From: an uncultured Eudoraea sp.
GTDB taxonomy: Bacteria; Bacteroidota; Bacteroidia; Flavobacteriales; Flavobacteriaceae
DNA length: 64,000 bases
Assembly: GCA_965363995.1 (NCBI GenBank)
Contig: CBDTVZ010000001.1
Coordinates: 10,928 to 74,927 of the forward strand
Direction of reading: 5' to 3'
Shown in pieces: positions 9,626 through 19,272 of this stretch (position 1 is the first letter of the stretch; each line of letters starts with the position of its first letter). A program made the position numbers and the translations under genes. The notes under the pieces were generated by a model. The model was given only the letters and a program-made list of their open reading frames with translations, was not told where the DNA came from and ran no database searches.

Positions 9626-11059
9626 ATGTGGTTACAAATTGCCATTTGCATACAAATTATCCTGGAGATAATAGCGATTTATATTTTAATTAAAGACGGA
9701 CAATCGCCTGTTCGTATCTGGACGTGGATACTTATAATTTTGGTCTTCCCAATTTTGGGAGTAGTGCTATATGTTTTTTTCGGGATGAACCTTAGGAAAC
9801 AAAAAATGTTCGATCTGAAAAAGGAAATTGACTATGATCAGTTTGAAAAATTCATAGATCGGTATTCTGAGGCAGCAGAACAAAAAATTTTAAAGCGGGA
9901 TGATGTTACAACACGTTATATACATCTCATAAGATTGCTTACAAGAGTTAATAGCTCTTTACTCACGTTTAACAACAAGGTTAAGATACTCAATGACGGA
10001 CCGGAAACTTTCAATGCAATTTTTGAGGCTTGCGAAAAGGCAGAAAGATATATTCACCTGCAATACTATATTTTTATCGACGGGGAATTGGCAGATCGTT
10101 TTGCCACACTTTTTGCAAAGAAAATAAAGCAGGGCGTTGAGGTTAGGTTAATTTATGATGCCCTGGGCAGCTGGGATTTATCGAACAGGATGATCAGTAG
10201 ATTTCGCGAAATAGGGGTAAAAATATTTCCTTTTATGCCGGTCCGATTTGGAAGGCTGGCCCGTTTGAATTATCGAAATCACAGGAAGATTTTAATTGTG
10301 GATGGGATTATTGGATTTACAGGAGGCATTAATGTGGATGACAAATATATTAAGGGCGATGAGGATCTGGGCCACTGGACAGACACTCATTTAATGATTC
10401 ATGGAATGAGCGTAAATTTTCTGCATTTTGTGTTTCTTTCAGATTGGCTTTTTATCACCAGGGAAAATCTGATTAAACCTGAAATGTTTAATGTGATGGA
10501 CCCAATTGGTGAAACTCCTGTTCAAATAGTATCCAGTGGTCCTGACGCGGATTACCCAAATATTTTGCAGCAATACCTCTATATATTATATCAGGCAAAG
10601 GAATATGTCTATATCGTGAATCCTTATTTAATTCCGGATTCCAGGCTTTCTATGGCCATTAAAACGGTTGCACTAAGCGGGATAGATGTACGGATAATAG
10701 TTCCTAAGAATTCTGAATCGTCCATGGTACATTGGACGGTACAATCTTTTTTTAGCAGGTTCTTAAGTGCAGGTGTAAAGATCTATTTATTTCAGGAAGG
10801 GTTTATTCACTCAAAGGTTATACTTTCAGACGATTCCGTTTGTTCTATTGGAACTGCCAATTTGGATATTCGGAGTTTTGAGCAAAATTTTGAAGTGAAT
10901 GCCCTAATTTATAGCAAGGAAGAAACAAATACTATGAAAAGGCAATTCTCTGTATTTCAAAAAAACAGTAAGCAGCTAACCCAAGAAGAACATGCAGCCA
11001 GACCTAATATAGATCGGGTAAAGGAAAAATTGGCAAGATTAAGCAGTCCTTTGATGTAG
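9626..11059 (+). CDS. cls: Cardiolipin synthase
   Basis: Two N-terminal TMs and two HKD motifs (NHRKILIVDG, HSKVILSDD); GTANLDIRSF. Confidence 0.93.
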   Translation: MWLQIAICIQIILEIIAIYILIKDGQSPVRIWTWILIILVFPILGVVLYVFFGMNLRKQKMFDLKKEIDYDQFEKFIDRYSEAAEQKILKRDDVTTRYIHLIRLLTRVNSSLLTFNNKVKILNDGPETFNAIFEACEKAERYIHLQYYIFIDGELADRFATLFAKKIKQGVEVRLIYDALGSWDLSNRMISRFREIGVKIFPFMPVRFGRLARLNYRNHRKILIVDGIIGFTGGINVDDKYIKGDEDLGHWTDTHLMIHGMSVNFLHFVFLSDWLFITRENLIKPEMFNVMDPIGETPVQIVSSGPDADYPNILQQYLYILYQAKEYVYIVNPYLIPDSRLSMAIKTVALSGIDVRIIVPKNSESSMVHWTVQSFFSRFLSAGVKIYLFQEGFIHSKVILSDDSVCSIGTANLDIRSFEQNFEVNALIYSKEETNTMKRQFSVFQKNSKQLTQEEHAARPNIDRVKEKLARLSSPLM

Positions 11060-11148
11060 ACCCCCTATTTCCTTTTTAAACCATGTAGGTTTCAGATGTG
11101 TAAAAGATACCGTGTAGTTCAACTAATAGAAGAACTAATTTAATAAGA

Positions 11149-11172
11149 AAAGGCCCGGAAAACCGGGCCTTT
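11149..11172. terminator. Bidirectional intrinsic terminator
   Basis: AAAGGCCCGG-AAAA-CCGGGCCTTT perfect hairpin between convergent cls and SYLF genes. Confidence 0.8.
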
Positions 11173-11194
11173 ATAATGTTGTGGTATATTTTTT

Positions 11195-11746
11195 CTATTG
11201 AACTGGCACAAATGAAAAATGTTGTCCCCCCAAAGAGGCTTCAACCATTAATCCGCCTTTTGCCATTGTAAAAACGGCAACGCCTTCCTGGTAAGAGAAA
11301 TCCGCAGTGGCACCAACTGTAATTGCGGTAGCTGTGGCCTGAGCATTAAACTTTAATTTACCACTGGCAAAACGGCTATAAGCTTCCTGATTTTCGAAGA
11401 AAATAATCTCCCCATATTGCTCCGCTCCTGCCTGGAGACCAAAAGATCCCTGGCCCAGTTTTGAAGAGCCTTTTATTACTTTGTTTTGGTATACAAGACC
11501 TTTGCCTCCTGCTCCTCCTATTACTAATCCTGCCTTAGTTATTTTGGGAAAAATAGCATAACCGAAAGATTCGTCCTTATAGGTTTGTAATTTGGGAACT
11601 CTTTCAATCATGTCAGACAAAGTAGAATTGCAATCTCTTTCCAGATCTACATTCCAGCCCGCTATTTGTCCGTAAGAATTAAATGAGAAAGCAAGGCCTG
11701 CAAGAAACAATAAAAAAGATGTCTTTTTAAAATAGTTAGTGTTCAT
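11195..11746 (-). CDS. Secreted SYLF/Ysc84 lipid-binding domain protein
   Basis: Signal peptide; GYAIFPKITKAGLVIGGAGGKG, SFGLQAG, KGGLMVEASLGGQHF. Confidence 0.85.
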   Translation of the reverse strand: MNTNYFKKTSFLLFLAGLAFSFNSYGQIAGWNVDLERDCNSTLSDMIERVPKLQTYKDESFGYAIFPKITKAGLVIGGAGGKGLVYQNKVIKGSSKLGQGSFGLQAGAEQYGEIIFFENQEAYSRFASGKLKFNAQATATAITVGATADFSYQEGVAVFTMAKGGLMVEASLGGQHFSFVPVQ

Positions 11747-11975
11747 TTTTGTTTTTTTAAGTTATTAAATTATTTTTGGGAACTTTTTGATATACAGTAT
11801 TTTAGTGTTGTTAATAGCTAAACATTATATGTATTTAGCAAGCTAGGAAAGATACAAAAAACATGGGAAAGCATCCCAAATTTATCGATATATTTCAGTT
11901 AATTAGAGATCAATTATTATGCCAAAAATATTTTAATAGATTAATTGAGATATGGCAGCCGAATTGATTAATAGA

Positions 11976-12647
11976 CTACTTACTTTTAAAACCTTTTGCA
12001 ATAGAATTTGCGTACCCGGACGCTGTATGTATTACATTATCCGGATTTTCAATAGATGCAGTAATCCATGCCTCAAGCTGCTTGCCATCTTCCTTATCCA
12101 AATTATAGATTACGGTTTCTAGAGTATAGAGTTTTGAAGTAATGGTACTACCTTCTACATTTAATGCTACTTGATCTACGGAATATGTGCCCGGCATGTC
12201 CCAATAGGCATAAAATCCTCCATAAACGAAAGGCATACTTGCTCCGCCATAAATCACCGGAGCATCATATTGTTCCGCACCTACTTCACGCGAACTCACC
12301 TCAATATCCTTTAATAAGGTAAGCACTACTCCATTATATCCGTCTTTTTCCAAAATAAAGCGGATATGTTGTTTTTGATCATCAGATACCTTAGTGTTTG
12401 GTTTGAAATCGGGATATTTTTTATAGCTGGCTGTTGCGTTATACCCACTGGAAATAAGTTTTTTGGTAATAGCATCTTCATAAGCCACCCTCACATCCTT
12501 CTTTGTTGATCTGCCAACAACAAGAATTTTTTTATTCTGCATTGTATCAACAGTATCAGATTTATAAGTTTTAATTATTTTAAAACTAGAGCAATTAGTC
12601 AAAAGCAGTGCAGTAAGGAATAAAATTAAAGGTGTTATCTTTTTCAT
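11976..12647 (-). CDS. Hypothetical lipoprotein (DUF4136-like); paralog 2 of 3
   Basis: Start moved to MKKITPL (ATG 12647), which gives signal peptide and lipobox LTNC; motifs shared with 5162-5842. Confidence 0.7.
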   Translation of the reverse strand: MKKITPLILFLTALLLTNCSSFKIIKTYKSDTVDTMQNKKILVVGRSTKKDVRVAYEDAITKKLISSGYNATASYKKYPDFKPNTKVSDDQKQHIRFILEKDGYNGVVLTLLKDIEVSSREVGAEQYDAPVIYGGASMPFVYGGFYAYWDMPGTYSVDQVALNVEGSTITSKLYTLETVIYNLDKEDGKQLEAWITASIENPDNVIHTASGYANSIAKGFKSK

Positions 12648-12694
12648 GTTTTTTATTTGAAGGGCTAATTTATAGATAATTTTTGGAATCATTG

Positions 12695-13717
12695 TTACCT
12701 GATAAATTCAGCCGTACTAATTTTCCCGTTTCTAAGAATAGTCATTGAAATGACGTCTCCTTCTTGAGCTTCGGCTATTTTCTTTCTTATTTGGAAAATA
12801 GAGTTGATATCGTTAATAGTTATACCCCCCAATTCAAGAATAATGTCCCCGCCAATGGTAAGTTCTGTTTCTTCAATTTTGGCCGGGATATAGCCGCCCT
12901 TCAGGCCCAACGCCCTTGCGGATCCTTTAGAGGATAAACTTGTAATCAATAAACCAGCCTCTTGCGGCACATTTAGGGCCTTTGCAAGATCTCCATCCAG
13001 TAATGTTGATTCCATGCCTCCCCAAATACCTGGCTCCTGCATAAGTAATTTATTTGCCACATTAGATGACATTGCAAAACCAATTCCTTCAAATCCACCG
13101 GAGTTACTATAAATCCTGCTTGCGATACCTATAACTTCACCTCTCATATTAAACATAGGACCCCCGGAGTTACCCGGATTTATGGAAGCATCCGTTTGCA
13201 GAAATTCAATCTTCACAAAATCATTGCTTAAATGTACGGGAACAAATCTGCCGCTGAGTATTCCCCGGGACAGTGATTGTTTAAAGCCATGAGGCGCCCC
13301 AAGAACAAAAACATCTTCTCCAACAGATACCTCATCAGAATCTCCAATGGTGGCAACTTTTTTATTCTTTAGCTGGAAATCTCCTTTTATTTTTACGAGG
13401 GCAACATCAGCTTGGGCAACGGAACTTATCACTGTTCCCTCATAAATGTCACCGTCAAGAAATTCAATTTCAACTTCTTCTGCAGATTGTACTACATGAG
13501 CTGCCGTCCATATAAGGCCTTCTTCCGATATTAAGACACCGGATCCCTGTGATGCCTCTGTAATCACCTCAATAAATTCTCCAGCACTTTCCCTGGAAAC
13601 GCTAATTATGTTTATTACTACCACAGAGGAATTAATATCCTTATATAACTCCGCAAGATTTTGTCCGTTTGCACTAAGGGAAACAAAGAATGTAAGCGCT
13701 AATATTATTTTTTTCAT
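12695..13717 (-). CDS. HtrA/DegQ-like trypsin serine protease with one PDZ domain
   Basis: Catalytic triad TAAHVV, DVALVK, INPGNSGGP; C-terminal PDZ (GGDIILEL...ILRNGK). Confidence 0.9.
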   Translation of the reverse strand: MKKIILALTFFVSLSANGQNLAELYKDINSSVVVINIISVSRESAGEFIEVITEASQGSGVLISEEGLIWTAAHVVQSAEEVEIEFLDGDIYEGTVISSVAQADVALVKIKGDFQLKNKKVATIGDSDEVSVGEDVFVLGAPHGFKQSLSRGILSGRFVPVHLSNDFVKIEFLQTDASINPGNSGGPMFNMRGEVIGIASRIYSNSGGFEGIGFAMSSNVANKLLMQEPGIWGGMESTLLDGDLAKALNVPQEAGLLITSLSSKGSARALGLKGGYIPAKIEETELTIGGDIILELGGITINDINSIFQIRKKIAEAQEGDVISMTILRNGKISTAEFIR

Positions 13718-13843
13718 TTAAATTTTTTTGAAGAGGGTATAATTAAGATCGCAGCTTTTATTAAATTTTCCAATAAGTTAAATACCAGCTCATTTCCAAT
13801 TTATTTGTCCAGGATATAGTTTCTTTTGTTTCCAGAACTTTAC

Positions 13844-14482
13844 TTATGGGTTAATACTCTGGTCAATTAAGGCATCCGTAAGCTCTTTGGAATACTTCGC
13901 GATAGCTTCTTTAATATCGTCAGGGTTTTTCAATTTAAATCTTCCAACCCATTGCAAATTGTCATTCTGAGCTACAGTTATATCGTACAAACAACTTTCT
14001 ACAGTATAATCCACCGCTGTTTCTATTCGATCCGGTTCCCAGGAAGTGGCAGGGTAATAGCTATAATACGCCCCAAACCTACCATATTGAGGCGGATGAT
14101 ATTCAACATTACTGCCTCCCGGAATAACATCTTTATACTGCTCTGTGTTTATTACATTGGTAATTAATACACCAGAGAAACCAGCATCAAGTAATTGAGA
14201 AATTAAGGTTTTAATTTCCTTCTCCGACATTTCTTTGGAAAAGTTTTCGGTTTTAATAACATCCACGGAAGATTCAGCTTTTACACCCCGTAGCTCCAGC
14301 TCATTAACTACCAAGCCTTCAGCCCTAATGCGGGCTACTTTGTCTTTGGTATGGGCTACCACCAAAATCTTATCATATTTTTTTTTGATATTACTTACGT
14401 TAGTGGATTCTCGTAGATAAGCATTACCACAATCTGTAAGTAAAAAAGAAAAAAACCACAGTAAGATAAGGTTCTTAATCAT
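13844..14482 (-). CDS. Hypothetical lipoprotein (DUF4136-like); paralog 3 of 3
   Basis: Lipobox LTDC; KILVVAHTKDK..RIRAE, GFSGVLI, YTVESCLYDI. Confidence 0.65.
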   Translation of the reverse strand: MIKNLILLWFFSFLLTDCGNAYLRESTNVSNIKKKYDKILVVAHTKDKVARIRAEGLVVNELELRGVKAESSVDVIKTENFSKEMSEKEIKTLISQLLDAGFSGVLITNVINTEQYKDVIPGGSNVEYHPPQYGRFGAYYSYYPATSWEPDRIETAVDYTVESCLYDITVAQNDNLQWVGRFKLKNPDDIKEAIAKYSKELTDALIDQSINP

Positions 14483-14582
14483 CAGTGCCTGAATATTTTT
14501 TTAAAATTGAATTTGAAAATTAAGCTTATTCACAAACTTTATCAAGGTGTTAGTTTATATTCTATCCAAATTTAATTAGCTC

Positions 14583-15638
14583 CTATGCTTCCTGAACCAT
14601 TACATCATAAAGTTGTGTGGAATTCTTTCTGCCTCGCAATACAAATTCCCCTACATTTTTAAAAGTGTAATCCTTTATATGTTTGACTCTTTTATATGCC
14701 TCTTCGGAAATAAGTAATAATCTATCAAAATTTTTGCATTGTTCCTGAATTCTGGATGCAACATTAATAGTATCTCCGTGATAAGCTATTTCGCGCTTTA
14801 TATTACCTACTTCTACTACCGTTACGGGTCCAAGGTGTAGCCCTGCCTTAAATATTGGCTGTACGCCATATTTAGTTTCGAAATATTGTTTTTGACCTTT
14901 TAGAATGGCATCATAAGCATAAAATGCATAAATACATTCTTCTAAAGTATCATCTTCATCTATCTCCCATGTAAGCACTACTTCATCTCCGACATATTGG
15001 TAAATATGAGCATTATGAGCATCTACAACGGACAAATAATGAAAACAATCCTGGATGAACCTGCTGTACTTTAAATGCCCCAATTGTTCTGCTATGGTGG
15101 TTGATGATTTTAAATCAAGAAACATAAAAGCGCGTAATTCTTCTTTTGGGGCGTAAAATTTACCCATCACCAACTTCTTCAAATTTCCTTTTCCCAACAA
15201 TCTGTTTATCTGGATAAAAAAAATTATTACGCTATTTATTAAAATGGAATAAGTTAGGTTGGCCAGAATTATAGGACTGGTTAGTAATTTATAGAAAGTT
15301 TGATTATGAATAAATCCGGTGATGGAAAGAATGGAATATATAAGAAAATATATGCCGATCATTATAACAATATGAGTCGTTATTGAATGAATTACATATC
15401 TCCTAAATGAGATACTTCGTATAATGAATTTTTCATAAAGAAATTGAAGAGTACCAAAAATAGAACCTGCCAAAATTGCGACGCTGACAACTATTACTGT
15501 TACATTCACCTGTGAGCTTATGCCTATTCGAGTCAAATAAGAAATTTCGTCTCCGCCTACTATTAATCGCCATATCAAGAGACCAATAAACCAGCCAAAT
15601 ATAAAAGCTGAAACATTCTTAGTCCAATTGTTATTCAT
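14583..15638 (-). CDS. Membrane-anchored class III adenylate/guanylate cyclase-domain protein
   Basis: About four N-terminal TMs; FLDLKSST, YQYVGDE, GLHLG, GDTINVASRIQ, LRGR. Confidence 0.88.
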   Translation of the reverse strand: MNNNWTKNVSAFIFGWFIGLLIWRLIVGGDEISYLTRIGISSQVNVTVIVVSVAILAGSIFGTLQFLYEKFIIRSISFRRYVIHSITTHIVIMIGIYFLIYSILSITGFIHNQTFYKLLTSPIILANLTYSILINSVIIFFIQINRLLGKGNLKKLVMGKFYAPKEELRAFMFLDLKSSTTIAEQLGHLKYSRFIQDCFHYLSVVDAHNAHIYQYVGDEVVLTWEIDEDDTLEECIYAFYAYDAILKGQKQYFETKYGVQPIFKAGLHLGPVTVVEVGNIKREIAYHGDTINVASRIQEQCKNFDRLLLISEEAYKRVKHIKDYTFKNVGEFVLRGRKNSTQLYDVMVQEA

Positions 15639-15927
15639 AAGCACCAAATTAATTTCCTTGTAAAATTACAATTCTATGCTATAAGTTAGGTCTTAAAATT
15701 ACTCTTTCATTTGTAAGTTGAATAGTAAATAATGGTATTTCAATTTGATCTTGTAATATTTATATAAAGTTTTAAACGGTTTACTGATAACATATCCCTA
15801 ATTTTGGGCCAATTTGGATCAAAAAAATAATTATATTTACAGAACTGAATATCTTTCCAAACCTTATGGAATATTTTATGAAGTTTTAATTAAAAGATTC
15901 CAACTTTAGCGAAGAACTAGTAGAGAA

Positions 15928-16605
15928 ATGAAACGCTTATTTAATTTATACCCGCACAGATTTACTTTATTTCTTATTAGTCTTCTTTTTATACTATTTG
16001 GAACACTTTTAGTTCCACTTGATTTGTTTGATACCTATGTAACGCCTATATTTTTTGTAGTCAATATCCTGGCCGGGATATTGTTAATTTCAAAAAAAAA
16101 GAAATTGCATGGGTTTTTTATCGCCTTATTTATTATATCCATATTAGTTGTATTGTTTTCTTCTTATTTAGTTAAAGATGAAAAGGTATATCGCTACATT
16201 GAATTTGCGATATTGTTTTCTTTTTATTGTTTTGTAACTTTTGAGATTATTGCACAAGTATGGCAAAGTACAAAAGTAAACAGAGGGGTGATCCTTGGAC
16301 TAATGTGCGGATATATTTGTATTGGCCTGGTTGGCTTTTTTATTTGTATGGCTGTTGAATTATTAGAGCCTGGTTCTTTTTCCGGCCTGACGGCGATTGA
16401 CTTAAATCCCGAATCAAATAGAGATGGCTTAGTATATTACAGTTTTATTACTCTCTTAACCATTGGTTACGGAGACATAAGTCCTGTTTCGCAGTTGGCC
16501 AGAAACGCTTCGATTTTGATAGGACTTATGGGACAGTTTTATCTCGTTATTGTTACTGCTGTTGTAGTAGAAAAATATATCAGGCACAGTGGCAAGACGG
16601 AATGA
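15928..16605 (+). CDS. Potassium channel family protein
   Basis: Selectivity filter YYSFITLLTIGYGDISP flanked by TM helices; extra N-terminal TMs; no RCK domain. Confidence 0.88.
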   Translation: MKRLFNLYPHRFTLFLISLLFILFGTLLVPLDLFDTYVTPIFFVVNILAGILLISKKKKLHGFFIALFIISILVVLFSSYLVKDEKVYRYIEFAILFSFYCFVTFEIIAQVWQSTKVNRGVILGLMCGYICIGLVGFFICMAVELLEPGSFSGLTAIDLNPESNRDGLVYYSFITLLTIGYGDISPVSQLARNASILIGLMGQFYLVIVTAVVVEKYIRHSGKTE

Positions 16606-16637
16606 AAAGCAGGAGAATTTGCAGCTGTCAGATCAAT

Positions 16638-17759
16638 TTAAAATGCTTCATTAACACCAAAGTAAATACCGCTTTGGCCGCCTGTTCCAATTCCATAATC
16701 GAGTCTTAGCCAGGTACTTTTATCCTTAATAAGCTTAAAACGAATTCCCCCTCCAAAACTGGGTTTTAAGTTATTAAAACTGAACAGGTCACCAGCCTGG
16801 TCATTTACACTGCCAAACAACCCAAAACCGGCCAACGTCCATCGCTCTTTAAATCGCCATCTGTATTCTGCCTGTACTATATACATATGCTTGTCTAGAA
16901 ACCTGCCATTAAAGTACCCCCTGGCATTTTTGCTGCCGCCATAACTGGCCATGCCCTGAAATGGTACGTCACCATAATTGTTTTCCATATAAAGACGAAA
17001 TGCCAAAATGCTTTTTTTTGCTATTCTTTGATACGTTCTTAAATCTAAAATAAATTTATTAAATGCATGTGTTGCCCCAAAGAGCTCACTTGAAAATCGC
17101 GCTGCTAAACTAAGATAGTTCCCAGACTGCGGGGCACCAATATCATCTCTTGAGTCTAAGTTGAACAAAGCACCCAATCCACTGATTATTGCTCCCTCGC
17201 TACCTGGGATAGTGCCGGAATCTAAAATACCGCCTTCTAAGATTTCGGTAATGCTATAATTTGCAAAATTAAAGGAGAGTCCAAAATTAAGATTAGGGGG
17301 TATTCTTTTTAGTAGGCTTATGTCAAATTTATGAGCGGTTTGGTTATAGGATTCCTTATTACTCTCAGGAGTTGTAGGTCCAATTCCCCAAAATGAATTT
17401 GGGAAAATCCTAAAGGAATAAAACATATCAATAAAATAATTTCCTCTCCCCAGATAGATTTGAGGGGTAATCTCAAAAATAAACTGACTCTCAGAGGTGT
17501 AGATCGCACTAAAAAAAATATTGGACAAACGCTGGTTGTATTCGTTGGTTTTATTAAGAAGGAATAACTGGCCACCTCCTCCAAATCCAAATTTTGTTTC
17601 AGGAGTATAAAAAACAATGGGTATTGCCACCAACTGAACACTTTTCCCTTGTCTTATGGTATCTGACTGAATAAAACCACCTTCATTTTTATCCTGTGAA
17701 TATAGTTTCAAGGAAAGTACTACAATGAGCAATGTTGCGAGTAAAATATGTTTTTTCAT
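16638..17759 (-). CDS. BamA/TamA-family outer-membrane barrel without POTRA domains
   Basis: Signal peptide; PIVFYTPET, ARGYFNGRF, RLDYGIG, C-terminal EAF. Confidence 0.8.
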   Translation of the reverse strand: MKKHILLATLLIVVLSLKLYSQDKNEGGFIQSDTIRQGKSVQLVAIPIVFYTPETKFGFGGGGQLFLLNKTNEYNQRLSNIFFSAIYTSESQFIFEITPQIYLGRGNYFIDMFYSFRIFPNSFWGIGPTTPESNKESYNQTAHKFDISLLKRIPPNLNFGLSFNFANYSITEILEGGILDSGTIPGSEGAIISGLGALFNLDSRDDIGAPQSGNYLSLAARFSSELFGATHAFNKFILDLRTYQRIAKKSILAFRLYMENNYGDVPFQGMASYGGSKNARGYFNGRFLDKHMYIVQAEYRWRFKERWTLAGFGLFGSVNDQAGDLFSFNNLKPSFGGGIRFKLIKDKSTWLRLDYGIGTGGQSGIYFGVNEAF

Positions 17760-18439
17760 TATAAGAAAAAGTCGTCAAGAATTACACCGAATCCGAAAGT
17801 AAATGATAGGTTACTAATCGTAATATTGTCTGAGCCAATCACACCATTTATGTCAACCGTATCCGTACCAATCCAGGCATATTGAAGATTAAAACCAATA
17901 TTAAAGGATATTAAATCTCGGATGACATAGGAATATCCCAAACTAACCAAAGTACCAAATCCATTTCCGTCCGTTTCTTCCCCAAAATCAGGAATTTCAT
18001 TTATGCTGGCAAGGCTGCGATAAAGGACAAAGCCGGGGGAAACATTCAAAAATAAAGACCCATCTTTAGTTTTAGAAAAATACCGGGCAATTTGAGGACC
18101 TATATATAAAGATTCTCCTACAATTTTAAAATCCCCTTTTGTTTCCTGCTTACCTGCCTGAAAAGTAACTCCCAATAGCCATCTGTCTTTAAAGAATTTC
18201 CCGGTAGACAGGTTTATTCCAAATTCATTTGAGATTGTTTTATTTTTGGTTGATTTCAATTCATTACTATTGCTGCTAATGCTTCCCGACAAAGAAGTTA
18301 GCCAACGTCCTTTGCGAAAGGGTGTTAAAGTGGAGTCTGCAGTGGTTGAGGGAGCTGTATTTTGAGAACATACCATAGTAATATTGAAAACCACGCATAG
18401 CAACACAAATAGTTTGGTAAAGACTGAGAATTTCTGCAT
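17759..18439 (-). CDS. Outer-membrane beta-barrel protein (8-stranded-like)
   Basis: Signal peptide, alternating amphipathic strands, aromatic-rich terminal strand. Confidence 0.65.
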   Translation of the reverse strand: MQKFSVFTKLFVLLCVVFNITMVCSQNTAPSTTADSTLTPFRKGRWLTSLSGSISSNSNELKSTKNKTISNEFGINLSTGKFFKDRWLLGVTFQAGKQETKGDFKIVGESLYIGPQIARYFSKTKDGSLFLNVSPGFVLYRSLASINEIPDFGEETDGNGFGTLVSLGYSYVIRDLISFNIGFNLQYAWIGTDTVDINGVIGSDNITISNLSFTFGFGVILDDFFL

Positions 18440-18553
18440 TGCTTATAATTTAATCCAGGTTTTTAAAGTAATGTTAAATTTACTCAAAATGCTTCTAAAC
18501 TTCCTTGCAGATACTAGTATTTATTTTAGCAAATAAGATATTAATATTTACTG

Positions 18554-18561
18554 TATATTTG
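18554..18561 (+). promoter_or_regulatory. Putative Bacteroidota -7 promoter element
   Basis: TATATTTG matches TAnnTTTG, 60 bp upstream of the ATG at 18621. Confidence 0.5.
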
Positions 18562-18620
18562 CCGGAAATTATTTTGCAAGAAAACAATAAAAAGAAAAAG
18601 CCCATTTAACACAAACGAAT

Positions 18621-19262
18621 ATGAGATATTTAAAAATAATTCAATTAGTAAGTTTTCTAACCCTATCTGCTTTTGTATTTCAGGCACAAGCGCAACGTAT
18701 TGATTTATCTGTTGATTATGGATATCAATTGGGAACCAAATTAAATTATGGAGGTTCTAATTATCTCAAAGCATCCGATGGAGGTTTTTTTAGCGGGATG
18801 GTGGGTTTAGAAGTAGGAAACGGGACTATGCTAGAACTTACATATATGAATATGCAGACAGATTTATTGATTAGGGATGTTTTAGCTAGCCCAACAGAAG
18901 ATCGTTTGTCAGATTTAGTTTTGGACTGGATTCAAATTGGAGGTTCTCGGTATTTTGATACAGGGAGTGACATAACCCCATTTATTGGAATGAGTGGAGG
19001 TGTTACCATTTTTACTCCCAAGAATGAGAATTTCGATATTGTAAATAATTCTTTACCCTCTTCTACACAGTTTTCTTTTCTCATAAAGGGTGGGGCTATT
19101 TATAATGTAAGTGATGTAGTAGGAATTAAAGTACAAGCAGATCTGATGTTTCCTGTATCATGGGGAGGTGTTTATTATGGTGCATTTGGTAGCGTATATT
19201 CGGGAGGAACAACTGTTATGGGAGCGTTTTCAGCAGGTCTTGTATTTACTCTAGGGGGTTAA
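18621..19262 (+). CDS. Outer-membrane beta-barrel protein
   Basis: Signal peptide AQA; amphipathic strands; terminal FSAGLVF. Confidence 0.65.
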   Translation: MRYLKIIQLVSFLTLSAFVFQAQAQRIDLSVDYGYQLGTKLNYGGSNYLKASDGGFFSGMVGLEVGNGTMLELTYMNMQTDLLIRDVLASPTEDRLSDLVLDWIQIGGSRYFDTGSDITPFIGMSGGVTIFTPKNENFDIVNNSLPSSTQFSFLIKGGAIYNVSDVVGIKVQADLMFPVSWGGVYYGAFGSVYSGGTTVMGAFSAGLVFTLGG

Positions 19263-19272
19263 GATTAAGGAA

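Noticed and set aside
13718..13843. Open minus-strand frame without a start codon between lipoprotein and protease
   Set aside because: Short, no start and no recognisable homology
1..15638. Calling a canonical Pycsar defence system from the effector-like gene plus the cyclase
   Set aside because: The genes are 13.5 kb apart, not an operon, and the cyclase is a TM-anchored type rather than a recognisable PycC; kept only as a hypothesis
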